Assembly: GCA_964016885.1 (NCBI GenBank)
Contig: OZ024741.1
Span: 373,116,001-373,180,000, forward strand
Length of the DNA: 64,000 bases
Reading direction: 5' to 3'
DNA from: Eledone cirrhosa
Taxonomy: Eukaryota
A program made the translations under genes and the position numbers. Position 1 is the first letter of the stretch, and each line of letters opens with the position of its first letter. This document shows positions 44,051-57,655 of the stretch, piece after piece. The notes beneath the pieces are model-generated. The model saw only the letters and a program-made list of their open reading frames with translations, did no database searches and was not told the DNA's origin.

Positions 44051-45319
44051 GATATATGTATATATATGTGTGTGTGTATATATATATATATGTATATATA
44101 TGTATATATATATATATATATATATGAAAACAGGGAGAAAAAGACGATTATTAGGAAGAAAAATATATTTTTTTCCCTTTTTATTTATTTCTCTCTTTTT
44201 TCTGGGTTAGAAAATGATTAAAACGAAATATTTTACTTTGTGTATATATATATATACATACGTATATATATATATATATATATATACATGCATATATATA
44301 CATATATATATATACATATACATATATGTATACATATATATATATATATACATGCACATATATATATAGTGTAATCTGTTTTTTAGAATAGGTACACTGA
44401 ATCCCTCTGTCTTGTAAGAGGTGACAAAAAGGCAAAAAGGGTTGGCAACAGGAAAACCATCCAGTAGGATATCATTGCCTGAAAACAATCTACCCAACCT
44501 ATGTCATAAACAGCCCATATCTTTTTCACCCTTTGTGCAGCATTTTTTTCCTTTCCGGAAATAAAAGAGCATCAAATGACGAATAGCATCTCATTTCCCT
44601 CAATTTTTAATTTTATTGTAAAAACAGTGGAAGTAAATAATTCGCACAATATTCAGATAGAAAAATGTGTTAAGCTCCCCTCTTTCAGAAAATATATAGA
44701 AAATAAATATATGTCATATGTTTCTGTCACATGATCAACTAAATCACGTGATTGAACACAACCAATAGAAAAACTGCTACAGACTTTTGTTCAACCCAGT
44801 ATATATTTTTTGAAAGCCATGAGGCATTTTGTACAATAAGGTAATAAATAGCAGTGAGTAGGAAATGGTTCAGGGACCAAGAATGGCAGAAGCCTCCACT
44901 GCTACAGGTTCAATGACAAACCTATCAGAAAGTGTGGAGAAGAATTATGCCCATATGTAGAATCACTTATTTTTTGGAGGGTTGTGGGGTCAGAGTCCTC
45001 GAGATGCCTTCCAGTGGGTCCTGTCAAAAGCAATTGTCTCCAATTGATTTGGCTGGATCCCCAAGTGAGACCAGCTGAGCAATTTGCTTGGGGTCTACCC
45101 TGGGTCTCCTACCAGTTGGTTTTTGTCTGTAAAATCTGTCTAGTGATTCTTTCCTGAGATATTCTAACCACATGTCCATAACATTGGAGCTATGATCTCT
45201 CAATTCGAAGAAGTAGCAACTATATCTGGAGCAATTCTCTGATCTCTGAGTTACACACTCTACCGAATAACATTATTCCCCAAACCTTTTTTTAATAGAT
45301 TTTTTTCTTACTATGTAGG

Positions 45320-45480
45320 TCTGGGAAAGAAACAGTGCCCATAGCTTTTATAGCCCCTCTGAGATCAGAGAGATTGATGCAGTTGATGTTTGGTTTAAAT
45401 TGTTGCAGGTTCACTCCCTTAGGAAAGATATGAGCAGGGAGGGAGTTCCAGATAGGAATTGGTGAATCAGCAAACAATTT
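45320..45480 (-). pseudogene. CR1/L2/Jockey-group LINE C-terminal remnant
   Basis: WNSLPAHIFPKGVNLQQFKPNIN. Confidence 0.65.
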
Positions 45481-47841
45481 ACATGATTGAAGTTTTGAAT
45501 GATGTTAATATATCATTAGGCATTTTCTTCATCTATGCAGTTCTATGATATAACAATTAAAAATACCCTAAGAGTCTGTAGAGATGTAGTAGATTTCACT
45601 AGATGACACTGGATAGTCTTCTGTAACATCTCCATTTGTCTCAGTGTCTGTTCAACATGCTATTCAATGAACTGATGACATGCAATATATGCTCATTCAA
45701 AAGTAAGCACCTAGCCTCATTCAGTTCGAAGACCACCTTGTGTGGTGAAAAACCACATCCTACATGAGGTGTCACTGATATGGCTATCATAGGATAGTCT
45801 AGCAGAACAGGTTGGATCTAGAGGAATAAACCATGATATAAATCTTGCTTATCTCATAATAAGCAATAGCTCATGCGATGCTCATCAGTTTAATCAGATC
45901 ACTTCGGTGTCATGAACACCAGTGTCTTTGCAGATGTTCGACTATTAATTTGGCAATGAGTTGGCACAACTCTTTCAGTTAGCAGAGAAATCCATGAGTA
46001 TGCAGGTATAGTGAGCCGCATATATTCTAACCATTAGAAAAAGCAAAATGAATACTTCACCTTCGATGGAGGAATGACTCAAGAATAAGTAAAGAAGAAA
46101 TAAACTACCCTAAATTCATATTTCACCAGCACACCCCCATGAGCAACACAAAGATATACCAAGTAACGATACAAAACACAATCCCTTCACACAGTGGAGA
46201 AACACTCTTTCCTAAACATACACAACACACAACAACAATCCTGAAGTCACTACAAATGCAAGGTCTAATAATATCTTTGAACACAATTCTGACCATATTT
46301 TTAATAAATTACACTCTGTTTCAGTTTTTTTGGGGAGGGTCTAAAGTTATTAATTATTTCATTACTAAGATAGTAACTTAACATATTGTTCTTATCTAAA
46401 ATTATGCTGGAAGATTCGAATTTAAACAGGAACTCTTTAAACTGCATGGGTTTCGTTCATAGAACCAGAACCAGCTTTGGCCAAATAGATAATAAAAGGG
46501 TCAATCTTTCATGCTGAACCAACATTTATAATATTTGTTAAAACAACTTCATTCACAAAAAATAAGATTGCTCTTCAGGGCTAGAACATACTTCAGCCCT
46601 GATCAGTTCCTGCACATCTGCATAATTTAAGTGCAATCCTCATTGAAGTTGGGCCCATCACCAAAGGACACTGTATGACAGTGCCTTCTCCCTTATTTTC
46701 CAATGGTACGCACTCAGCCTTAGAAAGATTTACCTTAGAATTACTGTGAATTAGAGTACCCACCCAGAAGGTTCCAAAGTCCCTTGAGCCCCAAAGATTA
46801 GTAATGGGCCTGATTGAAGTACTGTTTCTTATATCTGGAGCAGTGTTGCTACTAAACACACAAACATCCTTGCTGGCTTTAAATAAAGGCCATTGTGCTT
46901 AGCCCTGTTCAAATGTTTGGGGCTTCATAACTTAACTAACACAGGGCCTCATTTGTCTTAAATCTGCACTGATGCCATCAAAGATGAAATGGATGTAAGT
47001 CCTTTGATGGTGACATTTTTTCCCAAAATTATTTTACTTTTACTGATTTCAACTGCTCAAAATTATGATCATTCTAGGGCTGATTTAATCAACTTTGCCT
47101 TTCCCTCAAATTTGCTGGCCTTGTGCCTAAATTACATATCAATATTGGTAAAGGAGGCAGGAAGAAGAAACAACAGTCTGTGAGTCAGTGGTTTTATGTA
47201 GTGTACTTGTGAGTGATACTTTAGCAATCAACCAGATGGCCTTTTATTTAATGCTGTCTGGGATGTATGTGTGTGTGAGAGAGAATGTGTGTGTGTTTAT
47301 AGGCAGTATCACTGCCCCTGTGGAGTTGAGATCAAGAACATCACCAGTACATAAGGATTTAAAAAGGTCAGGTACATCAAACCCCTCAATCTCAACAGTA
47401 TGGGAAGATCATCAAAGGTCAGAAACCTTACATACCCACCCAACCCTCCTCATATCCGACTAATAAACAAACAAAAATGTAGAAGCATACGATATGTGTG
47501 TGTGTGTGTGTGTATACACACACACAGGCATATATATCATCATTTGGTATGTAAACTTTTCCATGCTGGCATGGGCTGGACATGATTTTTGAGGCAATGT
47601 TTTACAGCCAAATGCCCTCCCTGACACAAACCATTTTAATCACTTCTTATGACATGACACACAGGGATACCATGTACCTTTTCTAAATCGGAGACACACA
47701 GATATGGATGTTATTTTTCATTTTGTAAAAAAAACCTCACTTTCTAATATATATATATATAAATTATTTATTATTAGTACAGATTAAAGCTTAAGCAAAG
47801 AATCGCTGCTTTCGCCTTATTCCGGGAACTTCTGATCTTCT

Positions 47842-47891
47842 GGTTCAGAAGATCCTGGAATAAGGTGAAAGCAGTGATTCTTTGCTTAATC
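47842..47891 (+). ncRNA. CAGAAGA (U4->A) hammerhead-like motif in a fold-back (47777-47903)
   Basis: GGTT/AATC, CAGAAGA, T-CCT-GGAATA-AGG-T, GAAA, AGCAG/TTGCT, CUU. Decayed mirror arm on - strand. Confidence 0.68.
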
Positions 47892-47927
47892 TTTAATCTG
47901 TACAAATAATAAATATTTGTTCTACAG

Positions 47928-47969
<42 letters not shown>

Positions 47970-48091
47970 CAATTTGGGACCCCGATGGCTGAGCTGAGTT
48001 CCTGCCATTTCAACAGCTAGATAGAAACTCTACTACCCTACGTATCGAGTACTCTTGTGCGTAATGGTCTAACGGATTTTACCACTTCCAT

Positions 48092-48142
<51 letters not shown>

Positions 48143-49104
48143 CCTTATCAAGCTTTCTTCGGATTTTGGTTTTCATAATTACTATTATTATTACTATACA
48201 CACACATGTACATACTCAAACACATTTATTATACTCACATCATATAGAAGCATATACACATCAATATGACCCATTGTCAGTTTAAAGTATGAAAAATTTA
48301 CACCGATTACGTTTCACATTCACACATTATATATATTACATGAAGGGAAAAGAAGTGATAAGTGAAGTGGTGAGGAAATAGGACTTCATTTTAGACATGT
48401 AGTTAGTTATATAGATGTCATTCAATAATTATAATGACCTTTGAAGTATGTTTATTAGATGTTAATACAAGCGATCATAGTATAAAAACTAACCTGAGGT
48501 TGAACGTATCATCAAGGATATCATTTAGGGGCCAGCTCATTTGTTAACATTCGTGAATACTGTGTGGAAAATACTTGAGCAATATGTAAAACGAGGTGTT
48601 AGTTTCTTAGCTAAAATATCAGCTCTTTTCTGTGTTGAAAATAAATACTTGAAAAGTAAAGCAAAGAAAAAGAAAAAAAAAAAGAAGGTAGTATGTTTTC
48701 TTTGGACTGGAACTCATTGCGAGTTATCTACTACATGTATCAAGAAACTTGGACTGTTTTCTTTCAGAATGTAGATTACATTAAAAAATATTAGCTTGAA
48801 AGAAATGCCAAAATTCTTCAAAAGGCAGTAAGTATAGGCAGAGGTAGTAGGCTTCAGTTGTTTTCTTTTTACATCTTGATATGAAATTAACAGATCTTTC
48901 TCTCTTGGTTAGTTAGAGATGAGGTACTATACAGTCCATTGCATATAACTAATGTTTTTATTTTCCCTTCTGTTAGTGAAGCAGTCATGTTATTCATATT
49001 TATTGCCATATGTTGTGTGCAGACCAATTTCATTGAAGGTTTATATATATATATATCCCAGCATTACCCCAGTTTAATGACTAAAACAAGTAAAAAAGTA
49101 GAAG

Positions 49105-49169
<65 letters not shown>

Positions 49170-49783
49170 GAATGCATGTATATATATATAGTAGCAGAAC
49201 ATATATACTCAGAAAAACAGTTACATGATATGAACAATGCTTACACTCACACACGTACGCATACAAAGGCGCAGATAAACGGAGAATTGGCATATAATTA
49301 TGCAAAGTGAAGAAAGTTTTCATTAACCCTCACCCCCACCCCCCAGTTCCTGTGCTGAAGAAGAATATACAGATATCAGCAACAACTAGTTTACTTACCA
49401 AACCAGCTATCAGGTATCATGGGTCAGAACATGCATACTACATCAGAAGCAACTGATAGATGTAAAGTTGCATGTCAAAGGATTCACAGAATCTTCTTTG
49501 CAAAATGGTTTTCAAGGTGAAAAAGTCATAAAAATTTAACTGTATATATATATATAGTAATAATTGTTTCTACTTTTAGCACCAGGCCAGCAATAATCCC
49601 AGTGCATTACTGGTACTTTATTTTATCGACCTCGTAAGGATGAAAGGCAAAGTTAACCTCGGCGGGATTAATAATAATAAATGTAAAGACTAAAATCCAA
49701 AGAGCGCTCGATAAGGATAAAATATATATATAAATATATATATAAACCGTAGAAGAAATATTTTTTTTAAATAACAGATTAAA

Positions 49784-49832
49784 GTTTAAGCAAAGAATCG
49801 CTGCTTTCACCCTTAATGGGATCTTCTGAAAC
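49784..49832 (-). ncRNA. CAGAAGA (U4->A) hammerhead-like motif
   Basis: GTTT/AAAC, CAGAAGA, T-CCC-ATTAA-GGG-T, GAAA, AGCAG/TTGCT, CUU. Confidence 0.68.
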
Positions 49833-49835
49833 ACA

Positions 49836-49878
<43 letters not shown>

Positions 49879-49928
49879 AACCAGTAAGACCTCGACAGCT
49901 GAGCTCAAGCCGTTTCGACGGCTAATTC

Positions 49929-50005
49929 TGACGTACCCTATTAGAAGCGACCATTATTTTTGGAAGCTGTCCAAAAATAATGGTCGCTTCTAATAGGGTA
50001 CGTCA
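49929..50005. repeat. Perfect hairpin, 36-bp arms and 5-nt loop
   Basis: TGACGTACCCTATTAGAAGCGACCATTATTTTTGGA-AGCTG-reverse complement. Confidence 0.95.
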
Positions 50006-50034
50006 AAATTATTTATAAAACTGTTTATATATTG

Positions 50035-50099
50035 TATTTTATCTGACGAAGGCATGCCATATTTTAATTTGGTATCCCTGAAATATGTATAATGAAATA
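50035..50099 (+). ncRNA. Type I hammerhead, canonical core
   Basis: Stem I TATTTTAT/ATGAAATA, CTGACGA 50043-49, stem II AGG.ATGCCA/TGGTAT.CCT, GAAA 50080-83, ATA-TG-TAT, AUA triplet, AATAAA overlapping the stem I 3' end. Confidence 0.8.
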
Positions 50100-50140
50100 A
50101 ATATGGTTTTATAAATATAGTTTCCATTTTATTTAATATC

Positions 50141-50193
<53 letters not shown>

Positions 50194-51606
50194 CATAACT
50201 AATATATATATCTTTTGAGACCAAACTGTCTGAAACAGTTTTGGTTTTAAAATACCAAGCTGTTAATTTAAAAATGTTTATATATATCTAAAAGCCTTCC
50301 ATCATAATTTTATGTAAGAACCTTCTTCAAGTTATGTTCCACACACCAACTTAATGAGAAATTCAATTATATTATTTGTAAATCATGGGTAGTGTCTTTC
50401 ATTAGAAATATGGTAAATGGTAATGAAAGTGTTATCTCTCTCTCTATATATATATATCCTAACTAATATATAATTAATATATATCATAATGGATATTTGA
50501 ATTAATATAACTTTAGTTGTTTATTTTGTAAGCATTACTTTTATTTACAATCAAAATATTTCATTAACTTCTAATAAATTCATCACCACCACCACCAACT
50601 CAAACAACCCCACCACTAACCCCACCACAACCGACACCACCACCAACTCAAACAACCCCACCACTATAGGCTGCACCACCACCACTAACCCCACCACAAC
50701 CAACACCACCACCAACTCCACCACAGCCAACACCACCATCACATCCACAACCACCCCCACCACAACCAACACCTCCACCACCATCACCACTAACTCCATC
50801 ACCACCACAACCAACACCAGCACCACTACAACCAACCCCATCACTACCACCACCACCACCATCATCATCCTATAATGTCTGTGTTTCCATGCTAACAAAA
50901 GTTCTAATAAAGATAATTTAAATTATTTGATTTAAAAAAAAAATAACTTATTAAAATAATTATTATTTCAAATAATATTTTCTATAGTTGTAATGAAATG
51001 AAATAAAATACAACTCAAAGAATTTCAAGAAACGTATCTAATTGTTCTCTCTATTTTCCTTCATCATACCTTTACTTGTAGAAACAATCAGTGGCGCAGG
51101 TAAAACGTAAAACTATTTTTCTATTTATAACTTTCCTAAATAGACATTGGTTAAGCAATTATATTTAACCCTTCAGCATTTACATTACTTTCTACATTTA
51201 CTATTGTATTTTCACAGTAAAGGCTTTATCTTACATAATTATCTAACATAATATCGAATCTGAGATTTTGGTGTTATTTATTTTGAGAACAACACTTTAG
51301 CATCAGTATGAGTGGCCAGTTACAGCCAGTTTTAACAGGAAGAGGTGAGAAAATTCTGGCCAGATACAGCCAGTTTAGACTGAAAGAGGTGAGAAAATTC
51401 TGGCCAGTTACAGCCAGTTTGAACAGAAAGAGGTGAGAAAATTCTGGCCAGATACAGCCGGTTTAAATTCTAAAGGCCTAACCCTTGCCATTTTTAGGAT
51501 TTGAATCCCCTGGTGAAATTTGAAAGTACAGAAGTAGATACTGCATAGCATCTCATCTAACACTAACAAATCTACCAAATCACCTCTATTTTATCAAAGT
51601 CCTGCA

Positions 51607-52038
51607 TTAACGTTTTTGCATTTACATTACTCTATATATAACATTATATTTTCCCAGTAAAGACTTTACCTCACATTATTATCTCACAGGGCGGTGGATT
51701 GGCAGTATCGGTAGAAGGTCGGACGCCATGCTTTGATGCATAGAGTTACGGCCCTTGCCATTCTGAGTTCAAATCCCGTCGAGGCTAACTTTGCCTTTCA
51801 TCCTAACGGGGGTCGATAAAATAAAGTACCAGTAATACACTGGGATAATTGCTGGCCTTGTGCCTATTGTAGAAACAATTATTATCTAACATAATATTGA
51901 ATCTATGAGATTTTGATGTTATTTATTTTGAGAACAACACCTTAACATAAGTATGAGTGGCCAGTTATAGCCAGTTTGAAAAGAAAGAGGTGAAAGATTT
52001 CTGGCTGGATATGGCTGGTTTAAATGTTAAAGGGTTAA
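51607..52038. mobile_element. piggyBac-like MITE interrupted by a full SINE A (51689-~51880)
   Basis: TSD-like ATTATTATCT(C/A)ACA at 51675-88 and 51878-91; sister MITE at 51165-51481. Confidence 0.75.
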
Positions 52039-52904
52039 ACTTATGTATTTAGACAAAGAGTACATTAATATTGTTGCCTCAATCCTAATATTGTGGAGGT
52101 GCGTGACCTAGTGGTAAGTGTGTTGGACTTCAATCATAATGTTGTGGATTCAATTCCTGGACTGGGTTGTGTGTTGTGTTCTTGAGCAAAACATTTCATT
52201 TCATGGAACAAACTACATGCATCAGTTATTAGCTGTCGAGACACTGCATCCTTTAAAACCTCCATGTTTCCTGAGATTTGCCAACACTACACCTGATATC
52301 CTCCCTCCATACACACACAGGTATGTGTGTGAGTGTGTACACTGTTCATTTTCCTGACATTTGTACTTTATTCTATGTACTATACATGAACCTTTGATGA
52401 GTTGTAGTGCACCTGAGCACTGTACACAATAATTTCATTATTATCATCATTATTATTTCATGTTGCTCTAGTATACTCAGCAGAAAGTAATCTCTTTCCA
52501 TTCAGATATGTATATTCGTGAGATATTTACTTATGTATAATTTACTGCTCCCTATATGGTGAGCTGATAGATAGTCCATATCGACTGCTATTTCTAGTGG
52601 CAGTTTAGACTCATCACTTTGTCCATATATACAAAAATTTACCTTGTTGATATATCTACATGTGCATGCAGGATTATTTCTTACACCATGTGGGTTCAAT
52701 GAAAACTGGAAATTTTTTTTTTATTAATGGGTATAATACAAGGGGCTTTCACACAACATCCATCTACCAAATTACACTGATAAAGTATTGGTCAAGTCGA
52801 GACTGCAGTAGAAAACCCTTCCCCAAAGTACATGTTTGGTACATGAATTAATTACTTTCCTGATATTGTCTGTTCAACTCTACCAGAAATTGCAACTGGC
52901 AGAG

Positions 52905-53074
52905 GGAATGACCAATGGAATGACCAATGGAATGACCAATGGAACGACCAATGGAATGACCAATGGAATGACCAATGGAATGACCAATGGAATGACCAAA
53001 GGAACGACCAATGGAATGACCAATGGAATGACCAATGGAACGACCAATGGAATGACCAATGGAACGACCAATGG
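52905..53074. repeat. 12-bp minisatellite GGAA(T/C)GACCAAT, about 14 copies
   Basis: Direct reading. Confidence 0.97.
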
Positions 53075-53919
53075 GAAGATTGTTTTGGGGAGGTTTAGTC
53101 CAATTTGATGATTGATTGTTTTCCTTTCATTCATGGAAATATTATTTATTTTTGAAAAAACAGCAAAAGAAAAAGAACTAAATACAACTATATTAGTCGA
53201 TAACATTAGCCTGACGAGCTGGAATGGTTTTTCCAGCGTGTCTCCTTTACCATCCTCTGGGGAAATGCCTTCTCTCTTCTGTCCACGGAGGCTGTGTGGC
53301 AGTCAGCACATAGGCCCCCATTTGCTCATAATAGAGAGAAATGGGGAGAGCAGGAGAGACAGAGACAGTGAGAGTGAGAGCTTGGTTTCTTTGCATTCGG
53401 ACCCAGTGTGAATGTATATGTATCACAGATACACATTCACATTGAAGCATGGAAAAGTTAATTACATAAAATCTCATCTATTTAGCAAATAAAAATATCA
53501 ACGTTACAATTCAATATAAACTTCCACACAAAACAAGGCAAAACTACTACAGTGCATATCACATTTTTTATTAATTATCCCATGTCAATGAAACTCAAAC
53601 TTTTTAAACCATTGATCTCTTCATGAAATCCTTGACTCCCCACCAACTCATCAATGCCAGACATGTACAAAAAATAAGTAAATAAATAAATCAGTAAAAA
53701 GTACCAGTCTAAATCTCTTTCTCTTTCTCACTTCCTCTCTATATCTCTCAATTTCTAGTATTCTCTGGAAGAAATCTGCTGTGTTCAAACAATATCAGGG
53801 GTCACAAATTCAAGGATTCAAAAGGTCCATTACAACTGGGGTGAGAGAGTGGAGGTACAGTGGGCCAAAAGCATATGCTACCCGAAAAGAATGTTCAAAG
53901 GAGATATACAAATATATTA

Positions 53920-54512
53920 GAGAGAGACTGAGCATAAGAGGAATCAAATGCTGTGTGCAGCAGAGGCGGTTGCGTTGGTATGGACATGTGATGCGTATGA
54001 AGGTTGACAGCTGCATAAAAAGGTGCAGAGCACTGGAAGTCGATGGAAACCGCAGAGTGGGGAGACCCAAGATGACCTGGGATGAGGTGATAAAAGCCAA
54101 CCTTACCCAATTACATCTCTCAAAGGCGATGACACACGACAGTGACCTCTGGCGTCACGCAGTAATACAGAAGACCCGACCCCCCACGGATACAAGCCGA
54201 AGCTGAAGCATATAGACAATATGCCCCCACACCCTCCCACTCCAAAGTGGTCGTGGAGGTGCCACGGCAAAAAAGCACCCAGCCCACACTGTAAAGTGGT
54301 CGTGTAGGCGCCACGGAAAAAAAAGCACCCAGCACACACTGTAAATGAGGTTGGTGTTAAGAAGGGCATCCAGCTGTAGAAATCAAGCCAGAATCAGTTC
54401 CCGTATGAGCAAGACAAGGTCAGCCGACCGGACACTGCCCACAACAGGACAACCCGTCTAACCCATGCTAGTGTGGAAGAACGGACGTAAAACGGTGATG
54501 ATGATGATGATG
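53920..54512 (+). mobile_element. RTE LINE 3' fragment with UTR
   Basis: [12 protein letters not shown]...[10 protein letters not shown] followed by 3'UTR and (GAT)n. Confidence 0.9.
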
Positions 54513-54864
54513 ATGAGGATGAGAGAGAAGGTGTGTCCCCCACAAACCACTACCAAAAAAAAAATGTATACACACTTTGATTGCCTGTACAGGCAATATT
54601 TATTAGAAGGCTGTTGAAGTGTGTATACATTTTTGGGGGGCACCCTATATATATATATAATATATGTGGCTAAATGGGAATAGCGAACCGGTAACAAACT
54701 TTTACCAAACATTTTCGGTATGTTTTTGAATATTTACTATACAAGTGGGTGGAGGAAAATGTTTCCATGTGAAAGTAGGCGATGATGCATAAAAATAGAT
54801 TGGGAATCCTTGGTTTATTCTATAGATATTATTTATGGTTGTTTATATTCTATGTACAAGTCTG

Positions 54865-55112
54865 TGTATAAGAGGGATGAACTGTAATATGTGGGAGAGA
54901 AGACTGCGTTGGTATGGACATGTGATGCGCATGGAGGATGACCACTGGGTAAGGAAGTGCCAAGAAATCCCAGTGGAAGGAAGAAGCAGTAGAGGAAGAC
55001 CACGAAAATCATGGGTGAAGGTGGGGGAGAGCTGACCTCAAATCGCTGAAACTCACAGAGGAAATTATGAAGGTCCGTGACAAATGGAAAGATGATGATA
55101 ATGATGATGATG
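54865..55112 (+). mobile_element. Older RTE 3' fragment
   Basis: [22 protein letters not shown]. Confidence 0.8.
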
Positions 55113-56030
55113 AAGTCTATCAATGTTGAATTTGATTTTCATCTTCTTCAGACTCTATAGAATCAGTACTCGACATATTATTGCGGTTTATAACATTTAC
55201 TACACTAGTTCTTCGTGATAATATAAAGATGTAATAACTTATCAAAAGTAAAACAGAAAAGTAGCTGAAAGTGTAAGGGAAATAACTCTTTCAATATTGC
55301 ATTAATTATAGAGTTCAGAAATAAAGAAAGCATTATTCATTTTAATACAGCCAAGCATCATTTTTATACAATTTTTCAACATTACATGTGTGTGCCACAG
55401 TGTGTTTCATCCTCCTCATCATCACTATTTTCTACATTTGCATGGGTTAGACGGGCTGTCTCATTCTGAGACCAGACATGTCAGATGACTATGTCTAATA
55501 CGTTCCATCCTGGCATACATTTCTATGGCTGGATCTTGTGAGTCAACCAAGACACCAAATTATACCTTCATACATCAATCATTATGCTAACAGCAACATA
55601 TGCTTGTGGTACATGGACTCAGAATAACGAAAACATTTCCCAGATTGTATTGCATTATTGTAATGTCGGAAAGACAGTAGCCTGCTTGAGGAGGGTGCCT
55701 CATGAGGTAGGGTGGCTGTTGCAGTGGGTGTCTAGCCATTCTCTGCAGTAACGCTTTTGCCATTTTGTCCGTGGGGCATTGGCTGAGGCACTGCTCAGAC
55801 TGGAGTGTAGTGTCTGTCCCTCTTCTCTCTCTCTTTCTTTTGTTGCTTGATCCCTTTTACTTTTTCTTCTTTTTATTTCCTTTATTCTTCTTCCTTTTCT
55901 GTTCCCTTTAATAGTGTATTTTGTTTGATTTGGGTTTTATTAGATACTGCTCAATTTTTTAAAATATAATGCCAATGGCTTTTCATGACATTGTGAGATT
56001 TTGTATATTGAATATATTTGTTTTTAAAAA

Positions 56031-56284
56031 AATTAACTATACAGTGGAACCTCTGTCACAAATGCCTCTCGCCATGAACAAATTAACTATACAGTGGAAC
56101 CTCTGTCACAAATGCCTCTCGCCATGAACAAATTAACTATACAGTGGAACCTCTGTCACAAATGCCTCTCGCCATGAACAAATTAACTATACAGTGGAAC
56201 CTCTGTCACAAATGCCTCTCGCCATGAACAAATTAACTATACAGTGGAACCTCTGTCACAAATGCCTCTCGCCATGAACAAATT
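56031..56284. repeat. Five perfect 50-bp tandem copies of a Tigger-like MITE left end plus flank (MITE continues to ~56540)
   Basis: AATTAACTATACAGTGGAACCTCTGTCACAAATGCCTCTCGCCATGAACA at period 50. Confidence 0.95.
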
Positions 56285-57034
56285 TGTTCATGAATAATTT
56301 TTCCGAACATAAAACGTCTCGGTTGACTAACGGTGTCTTGAGTGACGAACACGCAAGTTGGCAACAGATTTGGAGTATTGACATGAAAGCATCACTTGAT
56401 GTGTAGTTAGTTACTATGGTGATATCTATCTGTCTTTCACACACAGTCCCCCCCCCCCCTCACTGTATTTCTCTCTCAACATTTTGTATGAAAAATATAG
56501 TTTCGGTTTACAAAAATTTCTGGGTACAAACAGCCTTCAACAACAAAAGATAATATATATCCCTTATCTAATGATTTCTCTTGATATTATATTAATCGTT
56601 TTGGATTTTAATTTAACACTGATGCTTCTTATAGTTTGTACTAACTAATAAAAAATTGTTAGATAAAATAAGTTGCTGTTGGTGGTACATTCCTATGGAA
56701 AGAAACAATTGTCAGTGATTAAATGTCTTGATCTTTAAATTTTGGTTAATAAGCACTTGGTAATTATATATATATATATATATAATTACCAAGTGCTTAT
56801 ATATATATAACAGAGTTTTGTAACTTGCTTGAAGCATTGTTGAATAGGAAATACAAATTTAAATAATTTTGAAAACCAAACAATGCATTAGGAAGAACAT
56901 TAAATCACCAAGATATCAAAAGAATCTTACCCTAGCAAACTGAATTTTCTAGGGTAAGATTCTTTTGTTATCTTGGTGATTTGATGTTCCTCCTAATGCA
57001 TTGTTTGGTTTTCAAAATTATTTAAATTTGTGTT

Positions 57035-57094
<60 letters not shown>

Positions 57095-57507
57095 GTTTAG
57101 AAACACCAAAGATTTAAAACAATCTTTAGTGTTTCTAATCTTTGATGTTTCTAATCTTAATGTATAACGGCTCTGCATGACCCCCACTGATTTGGCCTTT
57201 AAATCAACAGGTAAATGAATTTAACTACTCCTGTTAATATTATTATAACTATAATATTAATACAACTATTATATATATATATTCACTTCAATATGGCCAA
57301 GCATCATTTTTATACAATATTTTAAATACTATGGTATTTTAAACACATATCCTAATATATAAATTAAGATATGTGATTAAAATACCATAGTATTTAAAAT
57401 ATTCAAACATTTACTGAATGAGCACTCACAACTGGCAGGTACAGTGTAGAAATATATTTTCTATGTAAAAAATAAAAATTTCAAAGTTCCAGCTTGGAAG
57501 CTTCATC

Positions 57508-57554
57508 TGGTAATCAGATGAAGTGACCAAGCTGAAACTTCATAGTCATTGCTA
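57508..57554 (+). ncRNA. CAGATGA (U4->A) hammerhead-like motif, second family
   Basis: Stem I TGGTAAT/ATTGCTA, CAGATGA 57515-21, AGT-GACCAA-GCT, GAAA, ACT-TCAT-AGT, GUC triplet. The inverted partial arm 57484-57509 also has CAGATGA. Confidence 0.7.
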
Positions 57555-57655
57555 CATTACTACTTAGAAAAAAGGAAAGAATATATATATACATATGTGT
57601 GTGTGTGGGAGGTGGGGTGATTGGGTGTGTGCACAGATCTACATCTATCTGGTTA

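Noticed and set aside
55110-55155. Minus-strand CTGAAGA with GAT/ATC stem
   Set aside because: Lacks G12, and stem I is out of register.
56031-56284. CRISPR-like array
   Set aside because: Units are identical with no unique spacers; eukaryotic MITE end; no cas genes.
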